Source: a virus
Lineage: Duplodnaviria; Caudoviricetes
Virus record (IMG/VR): IMGVR_UViG_3300037478_000223
Location: 1-64,000 of that record
Length of the DNA: 64,000 bases
Strand: one strand, 5' to 3'
Part shown: piece by piece, positions 29,373 to 39,300 of the stretch
How the letters are laid out: the number at the start of each line of letters is the position of its first letter
How positions within the stretch are numbered: the first letter of the stretch is position 1
Notes under the pieces: generated by a model
What the model saw: only the letters and a program-made list of their open reading frames with translations
What the model was told of the DNA's origin: nothing
Database searches by the model: none
Made by a program: the position numbers and the translations under genes

Positions 29373-29931
29373 TGCGGCCACCCTCACGGGTGACCGGCTC
29401 GTCTTCCGGTCGCGCCAGTCGTCCACCCTCAGCAAGGGCAGGCTGGGACATGCGGTCAAGGACGTAGTCCCGGATGTCGTTCCGGGTGGCGTTGATGTCT
29501 ACGGCGATGTTCACGGCCATCGCGTAGTCAATCCACGCCTCTTTCGACGCGTTCCCGCGCGGCTGCGGGACAACCGTGGGTTCCGTGTCGGGCGCGGGCT
29601 CGGGTGCCGTGTCTTCGTTGCTCTCGTCGTCGGGGTCGGTGGCCGTGTCTTCGCCGGGCGAGCATTCGAGGCACGGGCCGTTGTCGGCCCCGTCTTCATC
29701 GCCGGTGTTGTCCAGCGGCCAGGAGTCGTCTTCGCTGATGTCGGCCGGTTCGCCGCGCGTGTCCTGGTAGTCGCTGATGCTGGACACCGGCGTGTCGTTG
29801 TTGGTCGTGGGGAGCTTGGCCCCGGCAGGGTGGTTGTTCGTTGGTACGGCTCGTCGTCGCATGGCGCGTACGCGGCCCAGATCGGGGACGACCACGATCC
29901 GGCCATCCCGGGCCCTTCTAACAGCAGACAT
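29344..29931 (-). CDS. acidic low-complexity protein with C-terminal small helical domain
   Basis: GGAGG RBS; PRGNASKEAWIDYA...ATRNDIRD. Confidence 0.55.
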   Translation of the reverse strand: MSAVRRARDGRIVVVPDLGRVRAMRRRAVPTNNHPAGAKLPTTNNDTPVSSISDYQDTRGEPADISEDDSWPLDNTGDEDGADNGPCLECSPGEDTATDPDDESNEDTAPEPAPDTEPTVVPQPRGNASKEAWIDYAMAVNIAVDINATRNDIRDYVLDRMSQPALAEGGRLARPEDEPVTREGGRNGTTDPSQT

Positions 29932-30436
29932 CGAACCTCCCTCGGATGTTCCACTTACCCCCGACGCATCCCCCGCCAACGATGGCTTCCCATCCGTCAA
30001 CGACGATGCCAGCCTGATCGATACGGCTATTGCGCTCTGGACAGCAGACTATCCCGCGAAGTATGGCATCGGCATCCAGGGCTTGCCGTACGGCGTCAGA
30101 TTGCACCGCGTCAACTGACGGGGGTTTCTGGTCGTCGCCGGTTTTCGCTGCGCACCGGACCGCGCCTACTTCCGCGTTCCACATCCATGCGATACAGCCG
30201 CCGTCGTCCTCAATGAGGGTGACGCCCTGGACTGCTGCCCATAGTTGCCCCTCGCCTCCCCCTGAGCCGCACAGATTGACCTCACACGAGTCCAGCGGGA
30301 CCTCATCGCCCGGATATACCGCGACACGGCAGAAAGGCGCCATAGCGGCACATTTCTCGTTTCCGGAATCGTCGGATGTGAGAATGGAAAGGATGTCCGA
30401 AAGGGTCTCGATCAGACCGGCCATACCGGCTGTCAC
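29918..30436 (-). CDS. tail terminator-like protein
   Basis: Position after adaptor; PGDEVPLDSC...GQLW...VGAVRC. Confidence 0.6.
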   Translation of the reverse strand: MTAGMAGLIETLSDILSILTSDDSGNEKCAAMAPFCRVAVYPGDEVPLDSCEVNLCGSGGGEGQLWAAVQGVTLIEDDGGCIAWMWNAEVGAVRCAAKTGDDQKPPSVDAVQSDAVRQALDADAILRGIVCCPERNSRIDQAGIVVDGWEAIVGGGCVGGKWNIRGRFDVCC

Positions 30437-31356
30437 AGGGTTCCCCCGCTTCCTTGGCAGTGCTGACCAGGCTTGGGCCAGGTCAGTTCAGAGTGTTGGG
30501 GGCCGTCCGGGCGGCGCACGCGCGGTTGAACGGCAAGGTTGTAGTTGGTGGACTCGATCCACGCATCGAGTTCCCAGATGCCCGTGTGCAGGCGCGCGAG
30601 CCCTTCGAAGTTGTCGTTGAACGTCATCGACACGCCCTGCCGGGTGATGGTCTGGAGGCGTCGGGGAAGCTGGCAGTCGTCCCGCTTCATGCACGCCTTC
30701 AAGACCTCGCACATGAGCGTGCCGGTCATCCACGCCGCCCCGGCCGGGGGGCACTCGCCTTCGATGACGGTTATGGACCAGGTGCCGGGCCCGTCAACCT
30801 TGCTGAGTTCCTGGCATGCTGGCCACTCGCGTCCGTCCGTGCGTACGACGCGGCGCTTGTCGTAGACGGCGACCATGCCGCACGGGTCGAAGTCCACGCC
30901 ATCGATGCGCACGTTGAGGACTTCGGCGACGTTGGGAAGGATGACCTCCGACACCTCGGAGCACTGGCATCCCTTGACGCACCGGTTACACGTCAGGTTC
31001 GTCCAGTCGTAGGAGAACGGGAGCCGTTGCGGGAAGGATTGGAAGATGGGCCCGCCGAAGCCGCCACAGCAGTTGATCTGCGGGGCGCACTTCTCTTTGC
31101 AGGGGCGCCACGTGCGGGGGCATCCGCCGTACTGCTTCCCGGTGGCAGCCCACAGGAACCGTGCCGCCCACTGTGCCGCCATGTCCCGGATGGCAGGGTC
31201 AACGGTCTCCAGGTCCAGTGAGCAGCATTCGTCACACACGATCGGCGCAGGCCAGCACACGTCCCCGCACGAGATGAAACCTGGCGACTCGTCGGGGGAG
31301 TCGTCCGGCGATTCGACGTCGAACGCGGTTGAGAAAGCGGTTGAGAAAGCGCCCAC
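30433..31356 (-). CDS. head-to-tail adaptor
   Basis: FLWAATGKQYGGC; RLQTITRQGVSM; TGIWELDAWI, typical of B-like adaptors. Confidence 0.7.
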   Translation of the reverse strand: MGAFSTAFSTAFDVESPDDSPDESPGFISCGDVCWPAPIVCDECCSLDLETVDPAIRDMAAQWAARFLWAATGKQYGGCPRTWRPCKEKCAPQINCCGGFGGPIFQSFPQRLPFSYDWTNLTCNRCVKGCQCSEVSEVILPNVAEVLNVRIDGVDFDPCGMVAVYDKRRVVRTDGREWPACQELSKVDGPGTWSITVIEGECPPAGAAWMTGTLMCEVLKACMKRDDCQLPRRLQTITRQGVSMTFNDNFEGLARLHTGIWELDAWIESTNYNLAVQPRVRRPDGPQHSELTWPKPGQHCQGSGGTL

Positions 31357-31357
31357 G

Positions 31358-32092
31358 CTATACCACCGCCCCGGAAGCGTTTACCCAGTTCGCGCCGTTC
31401 CAGAACACCGGGATGCCAAGCGTCGTGTCGAAGTAGAGGAATCCGACGATGACTGTCGCGGGCCGGTTCGCCGTCGTACCGCTTGCGGTGGTCCTTAGGG
31501 TGGGGAGCACAAGGATGACTCCGGCAGACGGGTGCGCGTTCACCACGAACCCCACCCGAGAGGATGTCAGGGTGGTGGTGAGCGTCCCGGTGGCAGACGC
31601 ATACAACTGGGCGCCGTCAGAGAACGCCGACGTATCGACATCGCGGACCAGACCGAACGTCGTCGCCTTGCCGTTGTTGTTGTGCGTCAGGTCGTGGGTC
31701 ATAACTCCCACGATCGTGCCCATGCCGTTGTCCAGTCCGAACAGTGCCCGGTTTCCCTGGCCCCCGATGATGCGCACCGGACGGCCGTTCAGCAGGGTCG
31801 CGCCGGTCGTGTTGCGTCCCTCTACGTACTGCTCGTGCCCGAGCTGGAGAGTCACGTCAGGGGTATCGGTCATCACCTCGGGGACACCCTCGGCTGCGTT
31901 CCAGTGCATGTGACCGGGCGTGTGCACGCCGGGAACATCGGGGTCTGTCGTGCTGAACTGGACGGCCTCGATCGGGTCTGTGCCGTCCGTGCGGTGCCAC
32001 AGCGCTGTCACGGCTGCGCGCACGTCAGAAGCCTTGATCAGCCCTTCCTCATTGTCCGGGAGCAGATCAAGGATCTCTGCGAGTGTCGCCAT
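31358..32092 (-). CDS. virion decoration/fibre-like structural protein
   Basis: SGTTANRP...GFLYFDTTLGIPVFWNG C-terminal motif; inside structural operon. Confidence 0.55.
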   Translation of the reverse strand: MATLAEILDLLPDNEEGLIKASDVRAAVTALWHRTDGTDPIEAVQFSTTDPDVPGVHTPGHMHWNAAEGVPEVMTDTPDVTLQLGHEQYVEGRNTTGATLLNGRPVRIIGGQGNRALFGLDNGMGTIVGVMTHDLTHNNNGKATTFGLVRDVDTSAFSDGAQLYASATGTLTTTLTSSRVGFVVNAHPSAGVILVLPTLRTTASGTTANRPATVIVGFLYFDTTLGIPVFWNGANWVNASGAVV

Positions 32093-32162
32093 GCCTCTCC
32101 CCTCACCTCATGACGCCGGGGCAGTCCCACACGGGGGACTGCCCCGGCGTCTCGTTGATCCG

Positions 32163-32945
32163 TCAGGCAGGCACCAAGCACGGGTCAACCGGCGAATCGG
32201 CGGACAGACCCACGTACCCGAACTCGGCGGTCGCGGGCAGGCAGTCCTGGCAGGTCTGGATGTAGGCGGGCGGCGGGACGTCGGTCGCCATCTTCCGCAT
32301 GATCGAGCCGGGGCGCATCGGGTCCACCATGCGTCCGTCGATGGACTGTTGAACGTCGTTGTACGGTCCGCGTCCCCATGCGTGCTGACCCTTGGCGAAC
32401 CCGCGAAGCGTGATGCCCCAGATGACGTCAGTGCCGCCCCACTCGATCTCGCCGTCAAGCTGCCAGTTCTCGACGCACGGGAAGACCGCGTATCCGTAGC
32501 GTGCTCCGGCGCCACAGTCGATGCCGGAGACGCCGGTCCACATCTCCAACGCGATCTCGTTGGTGTTGATGCCGTCCATGACGTCGAAGCCCACGGCGTT
32601 GCAGTTCATGTCCATGACGATCGGCCAGCCGGTGAGCTTCGCGATGAACCACGGATCGACCTGGCACAGGCGCACGGACACGTTGAACCCGTTCAAGAGG
32701 TCCGGGTCCTTTTCGCTGAGGCAGATGTCGCCGTTGGCCTTGCGTTCGATCGTGCGTTCGCCCTCTTCCACGTCCGCCTCAGCGGTGACCGTGGTGAACG
32801 AGTCCGTGACGGCGATGGTGCAGTCCATGGCCGGTGACTCGTCGCCGGGTGACTCGTCGGCGGGGGGCGGCGGGGTGCAGCAGTCGTCGAGTTCCGTCAC
32901 TCGGAGACTGTGCGCGCGGAATGGCTTGAAACACTGCTGAGGCAT
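32163..32945 (-). CDS. major tail protein
   Basis: RVTELDDC; VEEG....RKANG.IC; F.V....CQVDP pattern. Confidence 0.8.
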   Translation of the reverse strand: MPQQCFKPFRAHSLRVTELDDCCTPPPPADESPGDESPAMDCTIAVTDSFTTVTAEADVEEGERTIERKANGDICLSEKDPDLLNGFNVSVRLCQVDPWFIAKLTGWPIVMDMNCNAVGFDVMDGINTNEIALEMWTGVSGIDCGAGARYGYAVFPCVENWQLDGEIEWGGTDVIWGITLRGFAKGQHAWGRGPYNDVQQSIDGRMVDPMRPGSIMRKMATDVPPPAYIQTCQDCLPATAEFGYVGLSADSPVDPCLVPA

Positions 32946-32957
32946 GGAAGTTCCCTC

Positions 32958-33818
32958 CTAGCAAGTCTTGGTGACGGTTGACGGGACAGCGAAGGTCGCG
33001 CACGTGGAGAACGCCGTCAGCGCGACGCGCTCACTGCGCGCTGACGCGGTGTTGTCCTGACGGTTGATCGCATCAACCATGAGGTCGTCACCGACACCGG
33101 CCCACAGCCCGGCGGTGCCGTACATCCACAGTTCGTCGCCCCGCGCCGGGACGCCGGTCGGGTCGTCCCACTTCATGCAGTCAGTGAGCGGGTCGCACAG
33201 TGGCGGTCGTCCATCGAATCCGGCATCGACCACGATCCGGTTTCCTGCGAAGGTGACCCAACGGCCAGGCTGGCCGGTGATGGCGAAGTTGATCCGGGGA
33301 ATGATCTCCGGGGCGAGCAGAATGAATCCGCGTCTACCGCCTGTGGTCTCCATCAGGTTGCGTTCCAGGCAAGCCAGAGCCGCGTATGCGTCGGGGAAGT
33401 CGCCTTCGAGCGCGGTTGCGTCGCACTCCAAGGACGGGTTGCCGATCCTTCCCTCAGCCTTTTGGTTGGCGTCACGGATGGAGGCGCGACCGGTCAGGAG
33501 TTCACGGGCGAGAGCGAACCCGGCTGTCTCGTCCAGGGTTTGCGCTGCGACCTGTCGAATGTTGAGGCCACCCAGGGTGGAGCATTCGAGGGCCGTAATC
33601 AGAGCGACGGGCCGAAACGTCTCGGTCGATGCCCTCTGTGTCGGTTTCAGGTCCGGGCACGTGGGGCACTCACCCATGACGGTGGGTGTGAGGCATGCCG
33701 TGTCTTGGAATGACACGCCTCGCTGCCAGCCCTCGGGTAGTGGGCAGGCTCCCGACAGGAGTCCGCCCACTACCGGGGGCGTGCACCGGTCCAGTTCAAC
33801 GGGGACCGGGATGGGCAT
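32958..33818 (-). CDS. major capsid pentamer-type protein
   Basis: Directly after capsid gene; GGLLS...W..GV.F...C pattern; 286 aa. Confidence 0.65.
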   Translation of the reverse strand: MPIPVPVELDRCTPPVVGGLLSGACPLPEGWQRGVSFQDTACLTPTVMGECPTCPDLKPTQRASTETFRPVALITALECSTLGGLNIRQVAAQTLDETAGFALARELLTGRASIRDANQKAEGRIGNPSLECDATALEGDFPDAYAALACLERNLMETTGGRRGFILLAPEIIPRINFAITGQPGRWVTFAGNRIVVDAGFDGRPPLCDPLTDCMKWDDPTGVPARGDELWMYGTAGLWAGVGDDLMVDAINRQDNTASARSERVALTAFSTCATFAVPSTVTKTC

Positions 33819-33819
33819 G

Positions 33820-35598
33820 TCAGGCCGCCAGTTCCATGGCCGGTGAGTCGATGGTGCACGTCTCGTTGGAGCAGCCGCAACCGGACAGGATCGGCAGATC
33901 GAAGTAGTACGCGGAGCAGCCTCGGAAACAGGTCTTCTCGAAGCTCTCCGCGAACGCCTGACGGTCGTTCGTCGAGTTGAGCATGCTGTCCGTGATGTTC
34001 GTGCCCAGGTCCAGCGTGCCGCCGTCCAGGAACACGAACGAGTCCACGGGGTGGACGTAGACACCGGCGCTCGCGGGGGTGTCGCCGGGCATCATGACGC
34101 GGTGCTCGTTGAACTGCGGGTCGAAGGTGCCGTCGAACGTCCACACGACGTCCACGCCGATGGAAGAGAGCCATCCGTTGATCGTGGCGTCTGCGACCTG
34201 GATGACGTCGATGTTGTTCGCGACGCCGAGGTTGGTGATGACCTGGTTGCGGATGTAGTCGCGAATGAACGCGTCTGCGATGACGCGGTAGCGGCGGGAC
34301 ATGTTGCGCTGCGCGGACCGGTCAGCGGCGACCACGGTGTTGATGCCCGTGAGGAACGTCTGGAGCGTGTTGCAGCCGTCCATGGTGCCGAGGTCCACGC
34401 TGGCTGCGTGGATCTCTTCGATGATCTTCTGTTCGGCGACGCGGTCGAACTCCGCCTTGAGGAGTGCGAGGGTCGCTGCCCAGAACTCCGGGGAGAAGAT
34501 GGCCTGGAAGTTCCCGACTGTGACACACCGCGTCACCGCGTCAGTGGCGCAGGTCAGTTCCTCGGGGCACGTGATCGGCGGGCAGGGCTTGGACGGGAGC
34601 GGGGGGGAGCCGGGGGACCATCCGGGGCTCTGGTTCAGGCATGCGGCTTCGTCCATCTCCAACGTCCAGATGGAGACGTTCTCGCGCAGGTCACCGATGC
34701 TCATTGCGGGGGCAAAGGTGATCTTCCCTCTCGTGGCCTGGAAGTTGGGCAGGGCGTCCCGGATGGGGCGTCCCTCTTCGGAGCAGATGGGGTGGCTGTG
34801 GTCCACGTCGCCGGGCCCGCACAGGCCACAGGCGGCGGCGACGGGCGTCTCCTTGGAGTCGGCGGAGCCGGTTCCGAACAGGTCCAGCATGCGCCGGTTG
34901 TTGACGTCGGAGTTGAATCCGAGCTGTCGGGACTCGTCGAACTCGCGCGTGATGCGGAACAGGTTGCCGGTGTCGGAGACGCTGGTGATCTTCTTCGCGT
35001 GCAGGGAGAACATGTCGCCCAGTTCGCGGAAGTCGCCGTTGTCGAGTCGGTCACCCTGGGCGGGGCCCAGGCCAGCCATGCGCATGCCCTTGCGGGGCAC
35101 GGTCTCGATGACCTGTGCGGGGGCGCGGCGGGATCCGATGGACTTGATGCGCGCGATGATGTCGGACGCGGATGCGGCGACGGGCTCTTCGGCCTTCTTC
35201 TCCTGCTTCTGCCCCGACGTGTCACCCGAGCCGGTGCCGTCGTCGTTCTTGGACGACGCGCCGGTGTCGCTGTCGGCGGTCTTCTTGTCGCCGGACTTGC
35301 TGTCGTCGTCGAACAGGTCACCGGCGAGTTCGTCAAGCTGTGCCTTGGTCTCGGCATCTTCCTTGGCGCGGGTGTCGAGTTCGGATGCGATCTTGTCCAC
35401 GCCTGCGCGGAGCTGAGCGGCGAGGGCCTTCGCTTCCTTGGCTTCGTCGCCGGAGGACTCGCGGGCGTCGGTGATAGCGGCCCTGAGAGCGTCGCGCATG
35501 TCCGTGTGTGCGGCGGTGAGGTCGCTGGTTGACGGCTTGTTGTCGCTGTCGAGTGCAGCGAGGATCTTCAACGGGTCCTTCATGGCGATTTCCACCAA
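33820..35598 (-). CDS. major capsid (hexamer) protein with N-terminal scaffold-like region
   Basis: 592 aa; helical acidic N-terminus; IRDALPNFQATRG.ITF; FLDGGTLDLG motif. Confidence 0.85.
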   Translation of the reverse strand: MVEIAMKDPLKILAALDSDNKPSTSDLTAAHTDMRDALRAAITDARESSGDEAKEAKALAAQLRAGVDKIASELDTRAKEDAETKAQLDELAGDLFDDDSKSGDKKTADSDTGASSKNDDGTGSGDTSGQKQEKKAEEPVAASASDIIARIKSIGSRRAPAQVIETVPRKGMRMAGLGPAQGDRLDNGDFRELGDMFSLHAKKITSVSDTGNLFRITREFDESRQLGFNSDVNNRRMLDLFGTGSADSKETPVAAACGLCGPGDVDHSHPICSEEGRPIRDALPNFQATRGKITFAPAMSIGDLRENVSIWTLEMDEAACLNQSPGWSPGSPPLPSKPCPPITCPEELTCATDAVTRCVTVGNFQAIFSPEFWAATLALLKAEFDRVAEQKIIEEIHAASVDLGTMDGCNTLQTFLTGINTVVAADRSAQRNMSRRYRVIADAFIRDYIRNQVITNLGVANNIDVIQVADATINGWLSSIGVDVVWTFDGTFDPQFNEHRVMMPGDTPASAGVYVHPVDSFVFLDGGTLDLGTNITDSMLNSTNDRQAFAESFEKTCFRGCSAYYFDLPILSGCGCSNETCTIDSPAMELAA

Positions 35599-35792
35599 TC
35601 TGTAAGGGTTGTTCGTTCTCTGCCTTACAGACAGGTGGACTACCTCGCCTTACAGACGTGGTGCCGCTACTTCTCGCATGGTAGACGATCTAGTGTGTCT
35701 GCGCGCGTCGGCGCGTCGCTGGCGTGTCGCTGGTGGGTGGCATGGGTGCGCCCCCGCACCTGGGATGGTGCGGGGGCGCTGTGGTGGTGGGG

Positions 35793-35888
35793 TCACCATG
35801 CGTCGATGATCGATGCGGCCTCGTCGTAGGTGTGGCCTTCGTCCATGACGCTGTCCATCAGGTACTCGAAGTCTTCGAAGTTCTCCAT
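35793..35888 (-). CDS. 31-aa highly acidic cassette micro-protein
   Basis: GGAAGG RBS after promoter 35929-35969; 10 D/E, no K/R. Confidence 0.6.
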   Translation of the reverse strand: MENFEDFEYLMDSVMDEGHTYDEAASIIDAW

Positions 35889-35928
35889 GGTGTGTCGCCT
35901 TCCGTGTTGGTGTTTCCCGACACGGAGT

Positions 35929-35969
35929 ACGTTACACACATCATCGGGGGATCGCAACTCCCGCGTTGC
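35929..35969 (-). promoter_or_regulatory. operator-promoter unit
   Basis: GCAAC-TCCCGC-GTTGC 35954-35969; TTGCGA-N17-TAACGT. Confidence 0.9.
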
Positions 35970-36393
35970 CGTCGAGTGCACCGAGCATCCCGGATGCCTG
36001 TCGTCTGCCGGTCAACTCCCCCGCCTGGGAAAGCGCGTCGTCCATCAGCCGGGCCCACGAGTCAAGGCGGCGATGCGCGAGGATGACGCGCGCCTTGACC
36101 ACCTCCACCACGCGCGCTGAGGGGCCCATCACGGACGTGACAGGCATGTCCGGGTCTGGCTGCACGTCACCCACCATTTCGACGCGGTACAGGGCGCCGT
36201 CCGGGTGCATCGCGGCGAATCCCCGTGCGACGTCCTGAACCGTGGTCGCGTAGACCATGTCCGGGCGGATCAGGTGGGGTGCGGCGAGCTGCGTGAGTTC
36301 GTCGGCCATGTCGCGGGTCGTGCCGGTCACCGATGGGGGAAGGATCATGTCACCGACGTTCAAGCCGGGTATGCCTCCGTGAAAGTACGTCAC
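35941..36393 (-). CDS. Arr-like (H-Y-type) ADP-ribosyltransferase
   Basis: YFHGG...L.VGD.ILP; VYAT....A..FA; LYRVE..G....DPD. Confidence 0.65.
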   Translation of the reverse strand: MTYFHGGIPGLNVGDMILPPSVTGTTRDMADELTQLAAPHLIRPDMVYATTVQDVARGFAAMHPDGALYRVEMVGDVQPDPDMPVTSVMGPSARVVEVVKARVILAHRRLDSWARLMDDALSQAGELTGRRQASGMLGALDGNAGVAIPR

Positions 36394-39300
36394 TGCTTGT
36401 TCTCCCTTGCTCGCCTGGTGCATTCGGCGGTCTTCCAGTGCAGTTCAACGGACGTCTGTGGCCCGCTGTAGTGGGTGCTGGCGAACTTCTTGCGGCATCG
36501 GGCGCATTCGGCCTGGTTCAGGCTTCGTGTGGGTGTGCCGGGTGGTGGCGGTGCGCCGTTCAGGGGTTCCGCGAGGTCGTACACGGTCACCTTGCGCCAG
36601 TTCGTCAGGCGTTCGTCATCCATGCCGGGGTGGAGACCTTCGGCGAGTTCGACCAGACTCGGAGATACCGGGTCGGGACGGATGGGCTTCACGAAGTAGT
36701 GCGGGCCCACGTGCTCCTGGTCTTCGTCGTCCCATTCGGCGCCGGATCGGCGGTTGAGCGTGTCCGCCAGTGTGTGTGCTTCGCCTTCGCCTTCGATGTC
36801 GGCAACGTGCCGGGACGGCTCCCACATGCCTGGACTGTGGTAGATGCCGTAGTAGCCCGTGTCGATCATCAGTAACCCGCCTGTGGGGGAAGGATGGCGT
36901 CGCGGTACTCGGCAGCGCTTTCGAGGTAGGGCCCGCGTTCTTCGGGTGTGGCGTCGTCCCAGGGGCGTGGGGTGAGGGCTTGTGCGCGCTGGTCCGTGTC
37001 CCACAGCGCTTCGGCTGTGTGGTCGTCTTTCAGTGCCGCTTTCAGGACGCTCTTGGCTAGGTATATGGCGTCTGCTTGGGACATCTCGCTATGTGACCAA
37101 ATGATGGTTGCCGCGCGCTTCACAGGCGTGGTCAGCTTGGCCTTGGCGATGCTGATGTTCGTCATGCGGTTGCTTCCTCGGGTTCAGGATCGGGGCCAGG
37201 TTCGTCCTTGGGTGGTTCGTCGGGGGCTTGGTAGGGCCAGGTGATGTAGGCGCGGGTTCCCCCGAGGGGGAGGCCGGACCTCATGTCAGCGGGTGCGTTC
37301 TCCAGGTGAAGGCGTGCGTGTCGGGGCGCGCCAGCCATGATCGCGCGTTCGACGAAGGGGGCGAGCTGGTCCAGGGGGATTCCCCTGCCGCGCCAGGTCT
37401 CGGCGTAGCTGCTGCTGTTGGGTGAGAGCGTCACGGGGTGTTCTCCTAGGTTTCGTTTCCGGTTGCGTACCAGTCGATGTCCAGTCCGAGCATTCGCCAT
37501 TGCCGGGTTGGTTCGGCTCCGAGGGGTCGCCACATGTTGCGGCAGGCTGTCAGACGCCATCGTTTGCCCGGCTCGCTCGGTCGCCAGTCGATGAAGACTT
37601 GCCCGCCCATGATCGCCAGGTGAAGGCGTCCGACGTGCAGGGTCCTGCCGTACTTCCTCATGTGGTGCACCTTGGGATGTGTCGGCATTTGTTGCTCTTG
37701 CTGCATTGCGGGTCCCATCTCCCGCGCCGGTAGTCCTCGCCGGTCACGTCGATGACGCGGCAGTCGGAGCAGCGGAAGCACACGAGCGTGACGATTCGGC
37801 GTCCGTCAAGCATGTCCGGGTCATGCGGCACGGAGATGTGTAGCCAGTCGTGATACGTGAGGCGACACCACAGGGACCTGATGCGTCGTCGGCGGAACTG
37901 CTTGTTGGTGAGCCGGGCAAGAACGGCCTTCTTCTGTTCGTCGTTGAGCGTCATGGGACCGGCTCGTTTCTCCACCCGAAGACGTCCGTCATGGGCATGC
38001 TCTCGACCGTGTAGCGGCACGTGGAGTGGTCGTAGGTGTAGACGCTCACGATGCCGTTCTCGACGCTGTCTTGGACGCTAGAGGCGTGGGGGAAGGTCCG
38101 TTCGGTTCCGTCTTCGAACTCAACGGTTACTGATGCCATGGGTCGGGCGTCTCCCGGGTGTGTGTTGGTGTTCACCTCTGGTGAGCGTAAACGCCGCGCC
38201 CCTGTGATGCAACGCGGGGGTTGCAGCACAGGGGCGCGGTGTCAGAACGGGCAAGCGGTGTAGTCGATATCCGGGCCGTCGCCGTTGTCTGGCTTGGGTG
38301 GGAAGGTGATCGTGAACGCTTCGGGGCGTAGCTTGGTGGGGTTCTCCGGGTGGGTGGCGACGAAGCAGTCACAGATGCTCTCAGGGCAGCGGGGGCCAGT
38401 CCCGCCGAGGCCGGGGCACAGGGTGTCATCACCGATCCCGCTACCCATCGTCGCCACCCTCGGGGACCGTGAGCACCGTGATCGGGAAGTACATCGTCAC
38501 GAGCCACTGTGACGCGGTGGTCGCAACACCGGGGCCGCCTTCGACTCTCCAGGCGTAGTGGCCACGGTTGGGCATCCGCTGCCACTGGTCACCATCCCTG
38601 TCCCGCACCACAGTGTTCACGGGAGCAGCGTCAAGGATGGCGGTGCTCGCAGCAACCCAGTCGTCTGCCGTGCCGGTGGGTTCAATGGTGTCGCCGGACT
38701 GGAGACGGCGGCCGTTCATGCGCTCTTCCGCACGTGAGGAACAGACACGACAGTCAGGGGTTCGGCCGTGGAAACGAGCCACAAGGAATCTCGTTCCACG
38801 CTTCCGCCGTTAAGGGCCCAGACAGATTTGGGCACACGTCGCCAGTTGTCGCCATCGCAGTCGCGCAGGAATGTTCCCATGGGGGCATCGTCCAGGGCGC
38901 TCGCGGCTTCGGTGCGGTCGTCGATGCTACTGGGGAAGCTCTCGGGTACGACGTCGCCAGGCTTGAGCGTCCAGGGGCCCGGTTCGGTGGGCTCTTGGCC
39001 GCTGAGGCGCTGCGCAGCGGCGTGGATGTCGATGGAGAGGGTAACGCCGGAGACGTCGCCGTTCATGTACCGGTCGTTTGCGGCGTTGACGTCTTCGGCG
39101 AATCGGGTCAGTGCGGCGAGTAGTTCAGCGTGGTTGTGGTCCAGGTGTGTCACGGGTTCTCCAGGGTGAGGCGCGTCCAGTGGATGACGTCCACCTTGCC
39201 GTCTGTGTGGCGTACGAAGGCTCCGCAGTCGGTGGCACAGATGCGGTTTCGGATCACCATGACGGACTCGCCGGTTTCAGCGATCCATACGGTCCGTCCT

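Noticed and set aside
31325-31352. GAGAAAGCGGTT duplication at adaptor start
   Set aside because: Explained by the coding repeat AFSTAFSTAF; no sign of a DNA-level function.
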